Source: Burkholderiaceae bacterium
GTDB lineage: Bacteria > Pseudomonadota > Gammaproteobacteria > Burkholderiales > Burkholderiaceae_E
Direction of reading: 5' to 3'
Length of the DNA: 64,000 bases
Assembly: GCA_023954135.1 (NCBI GenBank)
Contig: JAMLIN010000001.1
Location: 157,852-221,851 of the forward strand
Shown here: piece after piece, positions 1 to 8,876 of the stretch
Layout: the number at the start of each line of letters is the position of its first letter
Position numbering within the stretch: the stretch's first letter is position 1
Notes under the pieces: generated by a model
Told to the model about the DNA's origin: nothing
The model's database searches: none
The model's input: only the letters and a program-made list of their open reading frames with translations
Position numbers and translations under genes: made by a program

Positions 1-2
1 TC

Positions 3-257
3 GAGGGCGCGGTCACGCTCGGCTTCCGGCGCGAGCTGGACGCCGTCCAGGACCCGGTCGAGAAGAAGGCGCTCTACGACAAGCTGCTGGCCGAGTACTA
101 CGAGCAGGGCAAGGCGATCTCCACTTCGTCGACGAGCGAGATCGATGCGGTGATCGACCCGGTCGAGACGCGCGCCTGGATCATGAGCGGCATCCGCTCG
201 GTGAAGCTGCGAGCGCCGCTATCCGGGCGCAAGCGGCCCTTTGTCGACGCCTGGTGA
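3..257 (+). CDS. acyl-CoA carboxylase carboxyltransferase (beta) subunit, C-terminal fragment (5' end outside window)
   Basis: Open frame from the window edge to TGA at 255-257. The translation ...KALYDKLLAEYYEQGKAISTSSTSEIDAVIDPVETRAWIMSGI... has the C-terminal xVIDPxxTR signature of propionyl/methylcrotonyl-CoA carboxylase beta chains. Confidence 0.7.
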   Translation, partial: EGAVTLGFRRELDAVQDPVEKKALYDKLLAEYYEQGKAISTSSTSEIDAVIDPVETRAWIMSGIRSVKLRAPLSGRKRPFVDAW

Positions 258-821
258 GCGCGGCGGCGGAACCGAGCCCGGCCGCCAGCGACGCGTCGTG
301 CGCTGGAAGAAAAGATTGTTCGGCACCTGCAGCACCGTCGGCCGACCTTCCTCGTCAATTTCCTCGAGCGTCGTGTAGACGAGATTCACGTCGATCACCC
401 GGCCCCGCAGGCCAGGCTTGTCGCCGGCCTCGATCAGCTCGATGTGGTCGTAGAGCCGGAACGGCCGCATCATGAAGATCAGCAGCGAGCAGAAGATGTT
501 GCTCAGCACGCTCCAGGCGGCGAAGAACGCCACCGCCGCGACCGTGGCGAAGCCGGTGAACGCGGTCCAGAGCACCGTGCCCGAGACCCCGAGCCGCTCG
601 AGGATCAGGAGGAGCGCCGCGCCGAAGATGATGAAGCCCGCCAGGCGCCGGGCGGCGAACCCGAACGCCGGCGGCAGGCCATAGCTCGTCGTCAGGCCAT
701 CGATCAGCAGGCGGGACAGCCGCTTGAGAACGAAGGCGACGAGCAGGACCAGCAGGACCTGGCCGGCCGGGATGATCACGCCCAGCCATTGCTGGATCCA
801 GAGGGGAAGCTGCTCGCGCAT
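219..821 (-). CDS. small MscS-family mechanosensitive channel-like membrane protein
   Basis: ORF 219..998 trimmed to the ATG at 821 (MREQLPLWIQQWLGV...). It has three hydrophobic helices followed by a beta-domain-like IELIEAGDKPGLRGRVIDVNLVYTTL segment typical of MscS-like proteins. Confidence 0.65.
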   Translation of the reverse strand: MREQLPLWIQQWLGVIIPAGQVLLVLLVAFVLKRLSRLLIDGLTTSYGLPPAFGFAARRLAGFIIFGAALLLILERLGVSGTVLWTAFTGFATVAAVAFFAAWSVLSNIFCSLLIFMMRPFRLYDHIELIEAGDKPGLRGRVIDVNLVYTTLEEIDEEGRPTVLQVPNNLFFQRTTRRWRPGSVPPPRSPGVDKGPLAPG

Positions 822-982
822 CGGGCCCTCGAGGGGTTCGAAACGATGGAGGCAGCAGTTTAGACCGGCGCGGGGCCGGCGGGTGTCCGCGCCCGCCTCC
901 CGGGCGGCGCCGCACGCGAGCAACGCGACATGGGGCCATAATGGCGTGCCTTCGCGCCCCCGACGCCGCCGGCATTCCATCC

Positions 983-1603
983 ATGGCACCCCCCGCACCC
1001 GATCCGGTCAGCGCCGCCACGCTCGCCCATTACGATCGCCAGGCCGACGCGTTCTGGCAGGGCACGCGCGACCACGACGTCAGCCAGAACATCGCGGAGC
1101 TGCTGCGCCATCTCGAGGGCGGGCCGCCGTTCACGATCCTCGACCTCGGCTGCGGACCGGGGCGCGACCTCGCGACCTTCACCGCCCTCGGCCATGTCGC
1201 CGTCGGACTGGACGGCGCGCCGAGCTTCGCGCGGATGGCACGCGAATACAGCGGTTGCGAAGTGCTCGAGCAGGACTTCCTGCGGCTCGACCTTCCGCAG
1301 GAACGCTTCGACGGGGTGTTCGCCAATGCATCGCTCTTCCATGTCCCGAGCGCCGAGCTGCCGCGGGTGCTCGCACAGCTGCATGCGGCGCTCAAACCCC
1401 GCGGCGTGCTGTTCAGCTCGAACCCCCGGGGTGACAACCAGGAAGGCTGGAACGGTAGTCGCTACGGCGTCTACCACGACCTCGACGGATGGCGGCGCTA
1501 CCTGCTCGAAGCCGGCTTCACCGAGCTGAACCACTACTTCCGGCCCGACGGTGTGCCGATCGAGCAGCGGCCCTGGCTCGCGAGCAGCTGGCGCAAGGCC
1601 TGA
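983..1603 (+). CDS. class I SAM-dependent methyltransferase
   Basis: SAM-binding motif I ILDLGCGPGRD, then the downstream FDGVFANASLFHV and LKPRGVLF motifs. The start is either 941 or 983. Confidence 0.8.
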   Translation: MAPPAPDPVSAATLAHYDRQADAFWQGTRDHDVSQNIAELLRHLEGGPPFTILDLGCGPGRDLATFTALGHVAVGLDGAPSFARMAREYSGCEVLEQDFLRLDLPQERFDGVFANASLFHVPSAELPRVLAQLHAALKPRGVLFSSNPRGDNQEGWNGSRYGVYHDLDGWRRYLLEAGFTELNHYFRPDGVPIEQRPWLASSWRKA

Positions 1604-1665
1604 GAACGAAACCGTGGACCTGTCGTCCCCATCCGCGTCCGCCCGTCACACCCGGACCACGACCC

Positions 1666-2877
1666 ATGGCGCTTGCTGACCGTCGCGCGGTCACCGTGGC
1701 GCTCGGCACCACGCAGACCCTGGCCTGGGCATCCTCGTACTATCTCGCCGCGATCCTCGCCGCGCCGATGGCGAAGGAACTGGGGCTCGCCACGTCCACG
1801 GTGTTCGCCGCATTCTCCGGCGCTCTGGCCGCCTCCGCCCTGGTCGGACCCTGGTCGGGACGCCTGATCGACCGCCACGGCGGCCGCCCGGTGCTGATCG
1901 GCACCAACCTGCTGTTCGCCCTGGCGCTGGCCGCCATCGGCATGGCCCGCGACCTGCCCACGCTGATCGCCGCCTGGCTGGTGATGGGCATCGCGATGGG
2001 CAGCGGCCTGTACGAAGCCGCCTTCGCGACCCTGGTGCGCCTCTACGGCCAGCAGTCGCGCAATGCGATCACCGGCGTCACGCTGCTCGGCGGCCTGGCG
2101 AGCACCGTCGGCTGGCCGCTGACCGCCTGGATGGAAGCGCGCTACGGATGGCGCGGCGCCTGCTTCGGCTGGGTGGCGTTGCACCTCATGCTCGGACTGC
2201 CGCTCAACGCCTGGCTGCCGCGCGCGAGCCGGCGGGCGGACCCGGCGCAGGCAAAGAGCCACGCCGCACCTTCGGCAGCGCCGCCGGATGCGGGGTCATC
2301 CGCAAGCCCGCCGACGAGCCCCGTGCTGATCGGCGCGGTGCTCGCCACGGTCTTCGCCGCCGGCTGGTTCGTCAGCACCTCGATGGCGGCGCATTTCCCG
2401 CGGGTGATCCAGGCCGCGGGCGCGAGCCTCGCGGTTGCCGTCGCCGTCGGCGCTATGATCGGCCCGGCCCAGGTCGCCGGCCGGCTGCTCGAGTTCGGCC
2501 TGCTGCGCCGGATGCACCCCTTGCTGTCGGCGCGGCTCGCCACCCTCGCGCATCCGCTCGGAGTCGCGGCGCTGCTGATCGGCGGGCCGGCGCTCGCACC
2601 GGTCTTCGGCATCCTGCACGGGATGGGCAACGGGATCCTGACCATCGCGATGGCGACGCTGCCGCTGGCGCTGTTCGGATCACAGGGCTATGGCGCGCGC
2701 CAGGGCTGGCTGATGCTGCCGGCACGCATCCTGCAGGCCCTCGCGCCCTTCCTCTTCGGCATCGCGCTCGAGCGCTGGGCCGCCTCCGCGCTGCTGCTCT
2801 CGACGGCGCTGAGCCTGGTCGCCTTCGGCGCGTTGGCATTGCTGCGAACGCCGCGCAAGGGCAGATTGCACGGCTGA
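1666..2877 (+). CDS. MFS transporter
   Basis: ORF 1489..2877 trimmed to the ATG at 1666 (MALADRRAVTVALGTTQTLAW...). About 12 hydrophobic segments and the GRLIDRHGGRP loop typical of MFS motif A. Confidence 0.8.
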   Translation: MALADRRAVTVALGTTQTLAWASSYYLAAILAAPMAKELGLATSTVFAAFSGALAASALVGPWSGRLIDRHGGRPVLIGTNLLFALALAAIGMARDLPTLIAAWLVMGIAMGSGLYEAAFATLVRLYGQQSRNAITGVTLLGGLASTVGWPLTAWMEARYGWRGACFGWVALHLMLGLPLNAWLPRASRRADPAQAKSHAAPSAAPPDAGSSASPPTSPVLIGAVLATVFAAGWFVSTSMAAHFPRVIQAAGASLAVAVAVGAMIGPAQVAGRLLEFGLLRRMHPLLSARLATLAHPLGVAALLIGGPALAPVFGILHGMGNGILTIAMATLPLALFGSQGYGARQGWLMLPARILQALAPFLFGIALERWAASALLLSTALSLVAFGALALLRTPRKGRLHG

Positions 2878-2935
2878 ACTCGACGCCTCGCCTTTGCGAT
2901 CGGGTGACAATCAAGACTGGTCACGAGAGGGTGCC

Positions 2936-3208
2936 ATGAACATCAATGCCACTGAGTTCAAGGCGAAATGCCTGAAGCTCATCGACGAAGTCGCCACCAC
3001 ACATCGGCCGCTGGTGATCACCAAACACGGCAAGCCGGTCGCGCGAATCCTGCCCATCGAGGACGAAGCGCCGTTCCCCAGCCTGTTCGGCTACATGGAA
3101 GGCACGGGAGAGATCGTCGGCGACATCATGGACGTGCCGTCCGAACCTTGGCCAGCGGAAGCCCGTAACGAAGATAGTCTGTACGCGCCTGCCGTCAAGC
3201 CAAGGTAA
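2936..3208 (+). CDS. Phd/YefM-family type II antitoxin (no partner toxin present)
   Basis: MNINATEFKAKCLKLIDEVATTHRPLVITKHGKPVARILPIED is the classic Phd/YefM N-terminal fold signature. The ATG is at 2936. Confidence 0.8.
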   Translation: MNINATEFKAKCLKLIDEVATTHRPLVITKHGKPVARILPIEDEAPFPSLFGYMEGTGEIVGDIMDVPSEPWPAEARNEDSLYAPAVKPR

Positions 3209-3230
3209 GCACAGCCAACCGGCTCGTTCC

Positions 3231-4133
3231 TCAGTTCCGGAAAACCCGGTTGCGCAGCGGCGCCCGCCCGTCGAAGCGGATAGGGACGCCGTCGCCGGTC
3301 CGCGGATCGAACGCGTGGATGTGCAGGTGCGGCTCGGTCGTATTGCCCGAATTGCCGACCCGGCCGATCGGGTCGCCGACCGTGACCGGATCGCCCGTCG
3401 CAACCGCGACGCTGCCGTGCTGCAGATGCGCCAGCAACACGCGCAGCCCGTCGCAGTCGAGCAGCGCATGGTTGCCCGCCGGGTGTTCCGGATCCATCTC
3501 GCCCGGCGTCAGGTCAGGCAGGCCGTCGCGCGCCTCGACCACGGTGCCGGCGCAGGGGCTGACCACAGCAGCGCCGAGAATCGCATAGGCATCGAGCCGG
3601 ACGGGCAGGATGCCGCTCGCCCGGAAGCCGAGCGCGTTGAGCGCCACGATGTCGGCGGCATGGCGCTGCTGCCGATGGCTCGCATGCTGGTTGAGCAGCT
3701 TGATCCCGCCGCCCTGCCCGACCATGAAACGGCCGCCCTCGAGCGGAAAGGCCATGTCACGCGCCGGCGCCGATGGCGCGAGGCCGGACAGGACATGGAC
3801 GAGCACCGAACCGAAGAACGCCAGCGATGCGATCGTGCCCCAGTGCCGCCGCCAGAACGGCTTGCCGCCGCCGGCCCGCCACGGCCGACCCCGGTGATTG
3901 CGCCACGACCAGAGCAGCGCAGCCACGAACGCCGCCGCCAGCAGCAGGCGCAGCCAGTAGCCGGCGATGTCCCACCGGCCCACCAGCATGAGCAGCGCGA
4001 CGAACACCGCCGCATCGGCCGCGACCAGCAGCCAGGCGGACCGGGCTGGCTCACGAAGCCGCAGCAGCCGCCATGCCTGCGCGAGCGGCAGGCCGATGCA
4101 GACGAGGAGGAGGAGGGTGATGGAGAGGAGCAT
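3231..4133 (-). CDS. membrane-anchored M23-family metallopeptidase
   Basis: The N-terminal region has about 4 TM helices. The C-terminal region GDPIGRVGNSGNTTEPHLHIHAF carries the M23 HxH zinc motif. Confidence 0.8.
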   Translation of the reverse strand: MLLSITLLLLVCIGLPLAQAWRLLRLREPARSAWLLVAADAAVFVALLMLVGRWDIAGYWLRLLLAAAFVAALLWSWRNHRGRPWRAGGGKPFWRRHWGTIASLAFFGSVLVHVLSGLAPSAPARDMAFPLEGGRFMVGQGGGIKLLNQHASHRQQRHAADIVALNALGFRASGILPVRLDAYAILGAAVVSPCAGTVVEARDGLPDLTPGEMDPEHPAGNHALLDCDGLRVLLAHLQHGSVAVATGDPVTVGDPIGRVGNSGNTTEPHLHIHAFDPRTGDGVPIRFDGRAPLRNRVFRN

Positions 4134-4302
4134 GGGGTCGGGCGAACGGATGACTTGCGGCGATGGTCAAGCGCGCAATGGCAGCCAAGCCATCGATCTG
4201 CCATGCTCGCATATCCGGCGTGATCGAGCCGGTTGCCCTTCAGGCGTCGTCAGGGATATCGCGTTCAGTCCGCCACTCTTGTCTGTCTGTCGATGCAGAC
4301 CG

Positions 4303-4809
4303 TCAGTTCTTGTTCGAGGTAATCTTCTCGCTGACCACCTCCAAGGTGCGCTCGTCCACCAGCCAGACACTCGAGCCCTCAGGTCCGAGTTCACCGCGGA
4401 CGACGTATCGCCGATCGGGCTCGGGCGTGAAGTCGATCGTGCCCTCGACGGAGTGATGAGCGCCCTTCAACTGGTTGAAGATCGTCTGAATCGGCGCGGC
4501 GGTGTAATGGCTACCTGTCAGGGTCAGCTTCATCGGACGGATCGGCACCTTGCGATAGGCGTGGCCAAGCGTCAGCATGAAGCCCCTGCCGGAGCTCTTG
4601 TTGCTGGAATCGTCGAACGCATCGTAGATGGGGTTGCCGTCGATCGCCGTCACCGCGAAGATCCGTCCCTTGTTGCCGACATCCTGGAAGGCGCTGTCGA
4701 CCAGCGTAGCGGTAGGCCCGGCGTAGTCATCCGGAACCGCCTGGTAGGAAGCACAGCCGGCGGCGAGCAAGGCACCCGCTGCGAGCAGAGCGACTCTCAG
4801 AGTTTTCAT
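4303..4809 (-). CDS. lipoprotein of unknown function
   Basis: The ATG at 4809 gives MKTLRVALLAAGALLAAGC with a lipobox (LAAG-C). I recognise no catalytic motif. The gene looks less GC-rich than its neighbours by eye. Confidence 0.6.
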   Translation of the reverse strand: MKTLRVALLAAGALLAAGCASYQAVPDDYAGPTATLVDSAFQDVGNKGRIFAVTAIDGNPIYDAFDDSSNKSSGRGFMLTLGHAYRKVPIRPMKLTLTGSHYTAAPIQTIFNQLKGAHHSVEGTIDFTPEPDRRYVVRGELGPEGSSVWLVDERTLEVVSEKITSNKN

Positions 4810-4950
4810 GTCCATAGGATGCAAAAGTCGAGGCGGATCCGAGCTTCGCGTGGCGAAAGCGGCGAGTCAAGCTGAAAGCGACCCATCGACCCGTTCCACC
4901 AGACCGAGGGCTCGACACCCACCCCAATCAGGTGTGGCCGCCGGGCCGTC

Positions 4951-5319
4951 TCACCCCTCCCGCTCCTCGAAGAACACCAGCCGGTTTCCGAACGGATCGC
5001 TCACCCGCAGCTCCCGCGTACCCCAGGGCGTGTCCTCCAGCCCAGGGCGCGCATGTCGATACTGCGCGGCCGTCAGCCGGCTGTGGAGCTCCGCCAGCGC
5101 GTCTGTCCGGATCCGCAGCGCGGCGCCGGGGCAGCAGTCTCCATAGTGCTCGCTGAGATGGAGCACGCAGTCGCCGAGCGAGATCTGCGCATAGAGCGGC
5201 AGGTCGTCCGCGAAGCGATGCTCCCAGTCGATGCGAAAACCGAGGAAGCCGACATAGAATTCGCACGCCTTCGCTTCGTCGAAGATGCGCAGGATCGGTG
5301 TAGGCGGGTGGAAGTTCAT
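4951..5319 (-). CDS. glyoxalase/bleomycin-resistance (VOC) superfamily protein
   Basis: These are the last 122 aa of the 518-aa track ORF, starting at the ATG at 5319: MNFHPPTPILRIFDEAKACEFYVGFLGFRIDWEHRF...HLSEHYGDC...DPFGNRLVF. Confidence 0.8.
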   Translation of the reverse strand: MNFHPPTPILRIFDEAKACEFYVGFLGFRIDWEHRFADDLPLYAQISLGDCVLHLSEHYGDCCPGAALRIRTDALAELHSRLTAAQYRHARPGLEDTPWGTRELRVSDPFGNRLVFFEEREG

Positions 5320-5375
5320 GCTCGTTGCCTGCATGCGGTGGTCGTAATTGCCCCGGGTGCTTCGGCTCGCGGCGT

Positions 5376-5993
5376 TCAGGCGTCCGCGATCCGCGGCGGC
5401 GCGAACCCCCGCCGCGCCCGGTCGACCTCGGCGCGGGTAATGCACCCGTCGGCGTGATCGTTCACCAGCCCCATCGCCTGCATGAAGGCGTACACCGTCG
5501 TCGGGCCGACGAAGCGCCAGCCGAGCCTCTTCAGTTCCTTCGAGATCGCGATCGATTCGGCCGTGGTCGAGACCGGCTCGGGCGCCACGCCCGTCGCGGC
5601 CGGCTCGAAGCGCCAGAACCAGGCGGCGAGCGAGCCGTGCCTGTCCACCATTTCGCAGGCGCAACGCGCATTGCCGATGGCCGCCTCGATCTTGCCGCGG
5701 TGACGCACGATGCCGGCGTCGGCGAGGAGCCTTCCAACGTCGCGCTCGTCGTAGCGCGCCACCTTCCGGTAGTCGAAGCCGTCGAACGCTACCCGGAAGT
5801 TCTCGCGCTTGTCGAGGATGGTTCGCCAGCTCAGCCCCGACTGGAAGCCTTCGAGGCAGATCTTCTCGAAGAGGCGCCGGTCGTCGGCAACCGGAAAGCC
5901 CCACTCGGTGTCGTGGTAGCGCAGGTAGTCGGGTGTGGCGAGGCACCAGCGGCAGCGGTGCTGGCCATCGGGGCCGGGCAGGACCGGGTTCAT
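5376..5993 (-). CDS. tag: DNA-3-methyladenine glycosylase I
   Basis: RCRWCLATPDYLRYHDTEWGFPVADDRRLFEKICLEGFQSGLSWRTILDKRENFR is near-canonical Tag sequence, including the zinc-snap Cys/His residues. Confidence 0.9.
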   Translation of the reverse strand: MNPVLPGPDGQHRCRWCLATPDYLRYHDTEWGFPVADDRRLFEKICLEGFQSGLSWRTILDKRENFRVAFDGFDYRKVARYDERDVGRLLADAGIVRHRGKIEAAIGNARCACEMVDRHGSLAAWFWRFEPAATGVAPEPVSTTAESIAISKELKRLGWRFVGPTTVYAFMQAMGLVNDHADGCITRAEVDRARRGFAPPRIADA

Positions 5994-6077
5994 CGGTGGC
6001 TTGGCTCCAGGGTCGGGGCAAAGTCCGAAGAGTACGCGGTCCGGATCGTTCGTGCCTGCTTCGCGACCAGAGATCGG

Positions 6078-6434
6078 TCAGGGTCTGCGCAAAGCATTGC
6101 GGATCACCACCGCGGCGGCAAGCTGGCCGCAAATCAGCGCCGGCCAGATCAGGGGCAGCTGGGGGTCGAGGTACTTCTGCGGCCCGAAGGACACCAGCGC
6201 CATGATCGCGGCCAGCAGGCCGAGGGTACGTCCGGCCCGGTTCCGATCGGGCCCGAGGATGAGGCTCCCCGCCGCGGCCGACAGGGCGGCGCCAATGAAC
6301 GGGGCGATGCCGAACAAAGGTGTCGTGGCGGGCGGATGCGGCGCCACGCCCGCATAGAGGGCGGTGAGCATCACCGACTGCAGGATCAGGAGGGCAGCCA
6401 GGGCGGCTGCGGTGGCACGACTGCGTTCGGTCAT
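6078..6434 (-). CDS. small integral membrane protein, unknown function
   Basis: ATG at 6434 with GAGGA upstream. Four hydrophobic segments. It is divergent from a TetR gene. Confidence 0.5.
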   Translation of the reverse strand: MTERSRATAAALAALLILQSVMLTALYAGVAPHPPATTPLFGIAPFIGAALSAAAGSLILGPDRNRAGRTLGLLAAIMALVSFGPQKYLDPQLPLIWPALICGQLAAAVVIRNALRRP

Positions 6435-6525
6435 CGAATATCCTCGCATAAGCGTAATGACGTGTACGGTTGCGATGGAGCGTAATTCTATGTACGCTTT
6501 CTGTCAATCACATCGAGGGAGGTTC

Positions 6526-7146
6526 ATGCGCGAGGAAACCAGGGCCCGTCGGCAGCGGGAGATCGAGCGGGCGGCGTACGCGGTGCTCGAGGAACGCGGC
6601 TACGCCGGCACGTCGATGCTGGCCATCGCGCGCGCGGCCAGGGCATCGAACGAAACCCTCTACAACTGGTACGGCGACAAGCAGGGCCTGTTCCGCTCGC
6701 TCGTCGCGCACAACGCGGAGGAAGTCAGGGGCCTGCTCGAGGAACGCATCTCCGGGCAGGGCGATCCGCTCGAGACGCTGAAGTTGCTGGGGCCGAAGCT
6801 GCTCGAGCTCCTGACCGGCCCGGGCCCGGTCGCCCTGAACCGCGCGGCCGCCGCCGATCCGAGCAACGAGCTCGGCGCGGCCATCGCGCAGGCCGGCCGC
6901 GAGTCGATCGCGCCGCTGATCGGCGAAGTGATGAAGGCGGCCAGGCAGCGCAGGCAGCTCGCCTTCCGCGATATCTCCGACGCCGTCGGTCTCTACCTCG
7001 ACCTGCTCGTCGGCGATCTGCAGATCCGCTGCGTCATCGGCCGCGAGGCGCGACCGAGCGCGACCATCTGCCGGCGGCGTGCGACCCTGGCGTGCGAACG
7101 CCTCGCGATCCTGCTCGCTCCCGCCGAAGGGTCCGGCGATCGCTGA
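6526..7146 (+). CDS. TetR/AcrR-family transcriptional regulator
   Basis: ATG at 6526 preceded by GAGGGAGG. The N-terminal HTH is RERIERAAYAVLEERGYAGTSMLAIARAARASNETLYNWYGDKQGLF. Confidence 0.85.
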   Translation: MREETRARRQREIERAAYAVLEERGYAGTSMLAIARAARASNETLYNWYGDKQGLFRSLVAHNAEEVRGLLEERISGQGDPLETLKLLGPKLLELLTGPGPVALNRAAAADPSNELGAAIAQAGRESIAPLIGEVMKAARQRRQLAFRDISDAVGLYLDLLVGDLQIRCVIGREARPSATICRRRATLACERLAILLAPAEGSGDR

Positions 7147-7269
7147 GCCGATCCGATCGCCATCGCCGTACGGCATGGCTTCGCACGGATCATGCTTGCT
7201 ATCATCGAATCCCCCGGATCCGGGAGTCGAACGGCTGCCGGCCCACGCCGAAACCCTTCAGGAGCGGCC

Positions 7270-8061
7270 ATGACGCCCAGTGACGGCATCGCCTTCGAGA
7301 CGACCGACGACGTAGCCCGGATCATCCTGCAAGCCCCCGAGCGCGGCAATACCCTTACCAGGGCGATGACGAAGGCCTTCGCCCTGGCGGTCGACGCGGT
7401 GCTCAACGCCCGGCCGCGGGCGATCCTGCTGATGGCCGAGGGCCGGATGTTCTGTGCCGGCGGCGACATCGACGAGTTCATCGCGGGCGCCGACGATCTC
7501 GGCGCGCTCGTCGATGCCACGGTGGCGCCCCTGCATCCGGCGATGCTCAGGCTCCACGAATCTCCGGTACCGGTGGTGTCGGCCGTCAACGGCCCGATAG
7601 GAGGCGCCGGCGTGGGCCTGGCGCTGTGCGCCGACTTCGTGCTCGCCGCGACCTCGATGAAGCTGCGCACCGGCTATGCCGCAATCGGCCTGAGTCCGGA
7701 CGCGGGCACCGCGTTCTATCTGGCACGACGCGTCGGCCCGGTGCGCGCGCAGCAGTGGCTGATGCTGAGCGACGCAATCGATGCGCAGACCTGCCTGCAG
7801 CATGGCGCGGTGGACGCCCTGCACGCGGACGATGCGCTGCGCGATGCCGCCGAGGCGCTGGCCGCGCGGCTGGCGCGCGGCGCGCCCGGCTCGCTGGCGG
7901 CCATCAAGACGCTCTGCGCGGGGCTGCCGGGGCGAGCCCTTGCCGATCACCTCGATCTCGAGCATCGCCTGCTCGTCGAGCGGGCCGGCAGCGCGGCCGC
8001 CCGCGAAGGCATTCGGGCGTTCATCGAAAAGCGGGCGCCGCGATTCAGCGGAGATGTCTAA
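7270..8061 (+). CDS. enoyl-CoA hydratase/isomerase family protein
   Basis: Crotonase motifs FCAGGDI and VSAVNGPIGGAGVGLALCADF, and a C-terminal EGIRAFIEKRAP. Confidence 0.85.
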   Translation: MTPSDGIAFETTDDVARIILQAPERGNTLTRAMTKAFALAVDAVLNARPRAILLMAEGRMFCAGGDIDEFIAGADDLGALVDATVAPLHPAMLRLHESPVPVVSAVNGPIGGAGVGLALCADFVLAATSMKLRTGYAAIGLSPDAGTAFYLARRVGPVRAQQWLMLSDAIDAQTCLQHGAVDALHADDALRDAAEALAARLARGAPGSLAAIKTLCAGLPGRALADHLDLEHRLLVERAGSAAAREGIRAFIEKRAPRFSGDV

Positions 8062-8828
8062 AGCGAGGTGTGCACCCCGCCGTCGATGGCGATGAACTGG
8101 CCGGTGATGTAGCTGGCGTCGTCCGACAGCAGGAAGCAGATCATCGGGGTCACCTCGGAGGGCTGCGACCAGCGGCCCAGAGGGATCCCGGCGAGCATCC
8201 CGTCGCGGAACTTGTCGCCCCGGATGGTTTCGGTCATCGGGGTCTCGACCACGCCGAAGCACACGGAGTTGGCCCGGATGCCGTAGCGCGACCACTCGCG
8301 GGCGATGGACATGCTCATGCCGAGCTGGCCGCTCTTGGCCGCGGCGTAGTTGAGCTGGCCGATCGAACCCCGCAGGCCCGCGATCGATGAGTGGTTGACG
8401 ATCGCGCCGGGACGCTGATCACCGTCCTTGAAGCGCTGGATCATGTGCTTGCCGACGGCCTGGGTCCAGAGGAAGGCGGCGGTCAGGTGAACCTCGAGGA
8501 CCTGGTTCCACTGCTCGAGCGCCATCTTCTCGATCATCGCCGGCCGGGTGATGCCGGCATTGTTCGCCAGGCCATGGATCGCGCCGAAGTGGTCGATGGC
8601 CTCGGTGACGCTCGAGAGCACGAAAGCCTGGTCGGCCACGTTGCCGGTCCGGGTGAGGACGGACTTGCCGTGTCGCTTGCCGAGCTCGGCGAGCCCGTCA
8701 CCGTTGAGGTCGACCGCCACCACCTGCGCACCCAGCGAGACGCACTGGTCGGTCAGCGCGGCGCCGATCCCCTGCGCCGCGCCGGTGACGACGATGACCT
8801 TGCCCTCGAGCGATCCCAATCCCTGCAT
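8058..8828 (-). CDS. SDR-family oxidoreductase (3-oxoacyl/3-hydroxyacyl reductase-like)
   Basis: TGAAQGIG cofactor motif, NNAG, and the YAAAK catalytic Tyr-x3-Lys. Confidence 0.85.
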   Translation of the reverse strand: MQGLGSLEGKVIVVTGAAQGIGAALTDQCVSLGAQVVAVDLNGDGLAELGKRHGKSVLTRTGNVADQAFVLSSVTEAIDHFGAIHGLANNAGITRPAMIEKMALEQWNQVLEVHLTAAFLWTQAVGKHMIQRFKDGDQRPGAIVNHSSIAGLRGSIGQLNYAAAKSGQLGMSMSIAREWSRYGIRANSVCFGVVETPMTETIRGDKFRDGMLAGIPLGRWSQPSEVTPMICFLLSDDASYITGQFIAIDGGVHTSL

Positions 8829-8876
8829 TTGCTGTCTCCGCTGTACTTGTCGAAACCTCCGAGCTTACCGCGAAGG

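Noticed and set aside
3209-3230. Possible toxin gene downstream of the Phd/YefM antitoxin.
   Set aside because: Only 22 nt are available before the convergent M23 peptidase stop codon, and no overlapping small ORF with toxin-like sequence is visible.
4951-6507. 518-aa track ORF that would fuse the VOC protein region with sequence overlapping tag and the small membrane-protein gene.
   Set aside because: Only the last 122 aa (from the ATG at 5319) look like a real protein. The upstream 396 aa are Arg/Pro/Gly-rich and overlap the tag gene, which has strong support in another frame.
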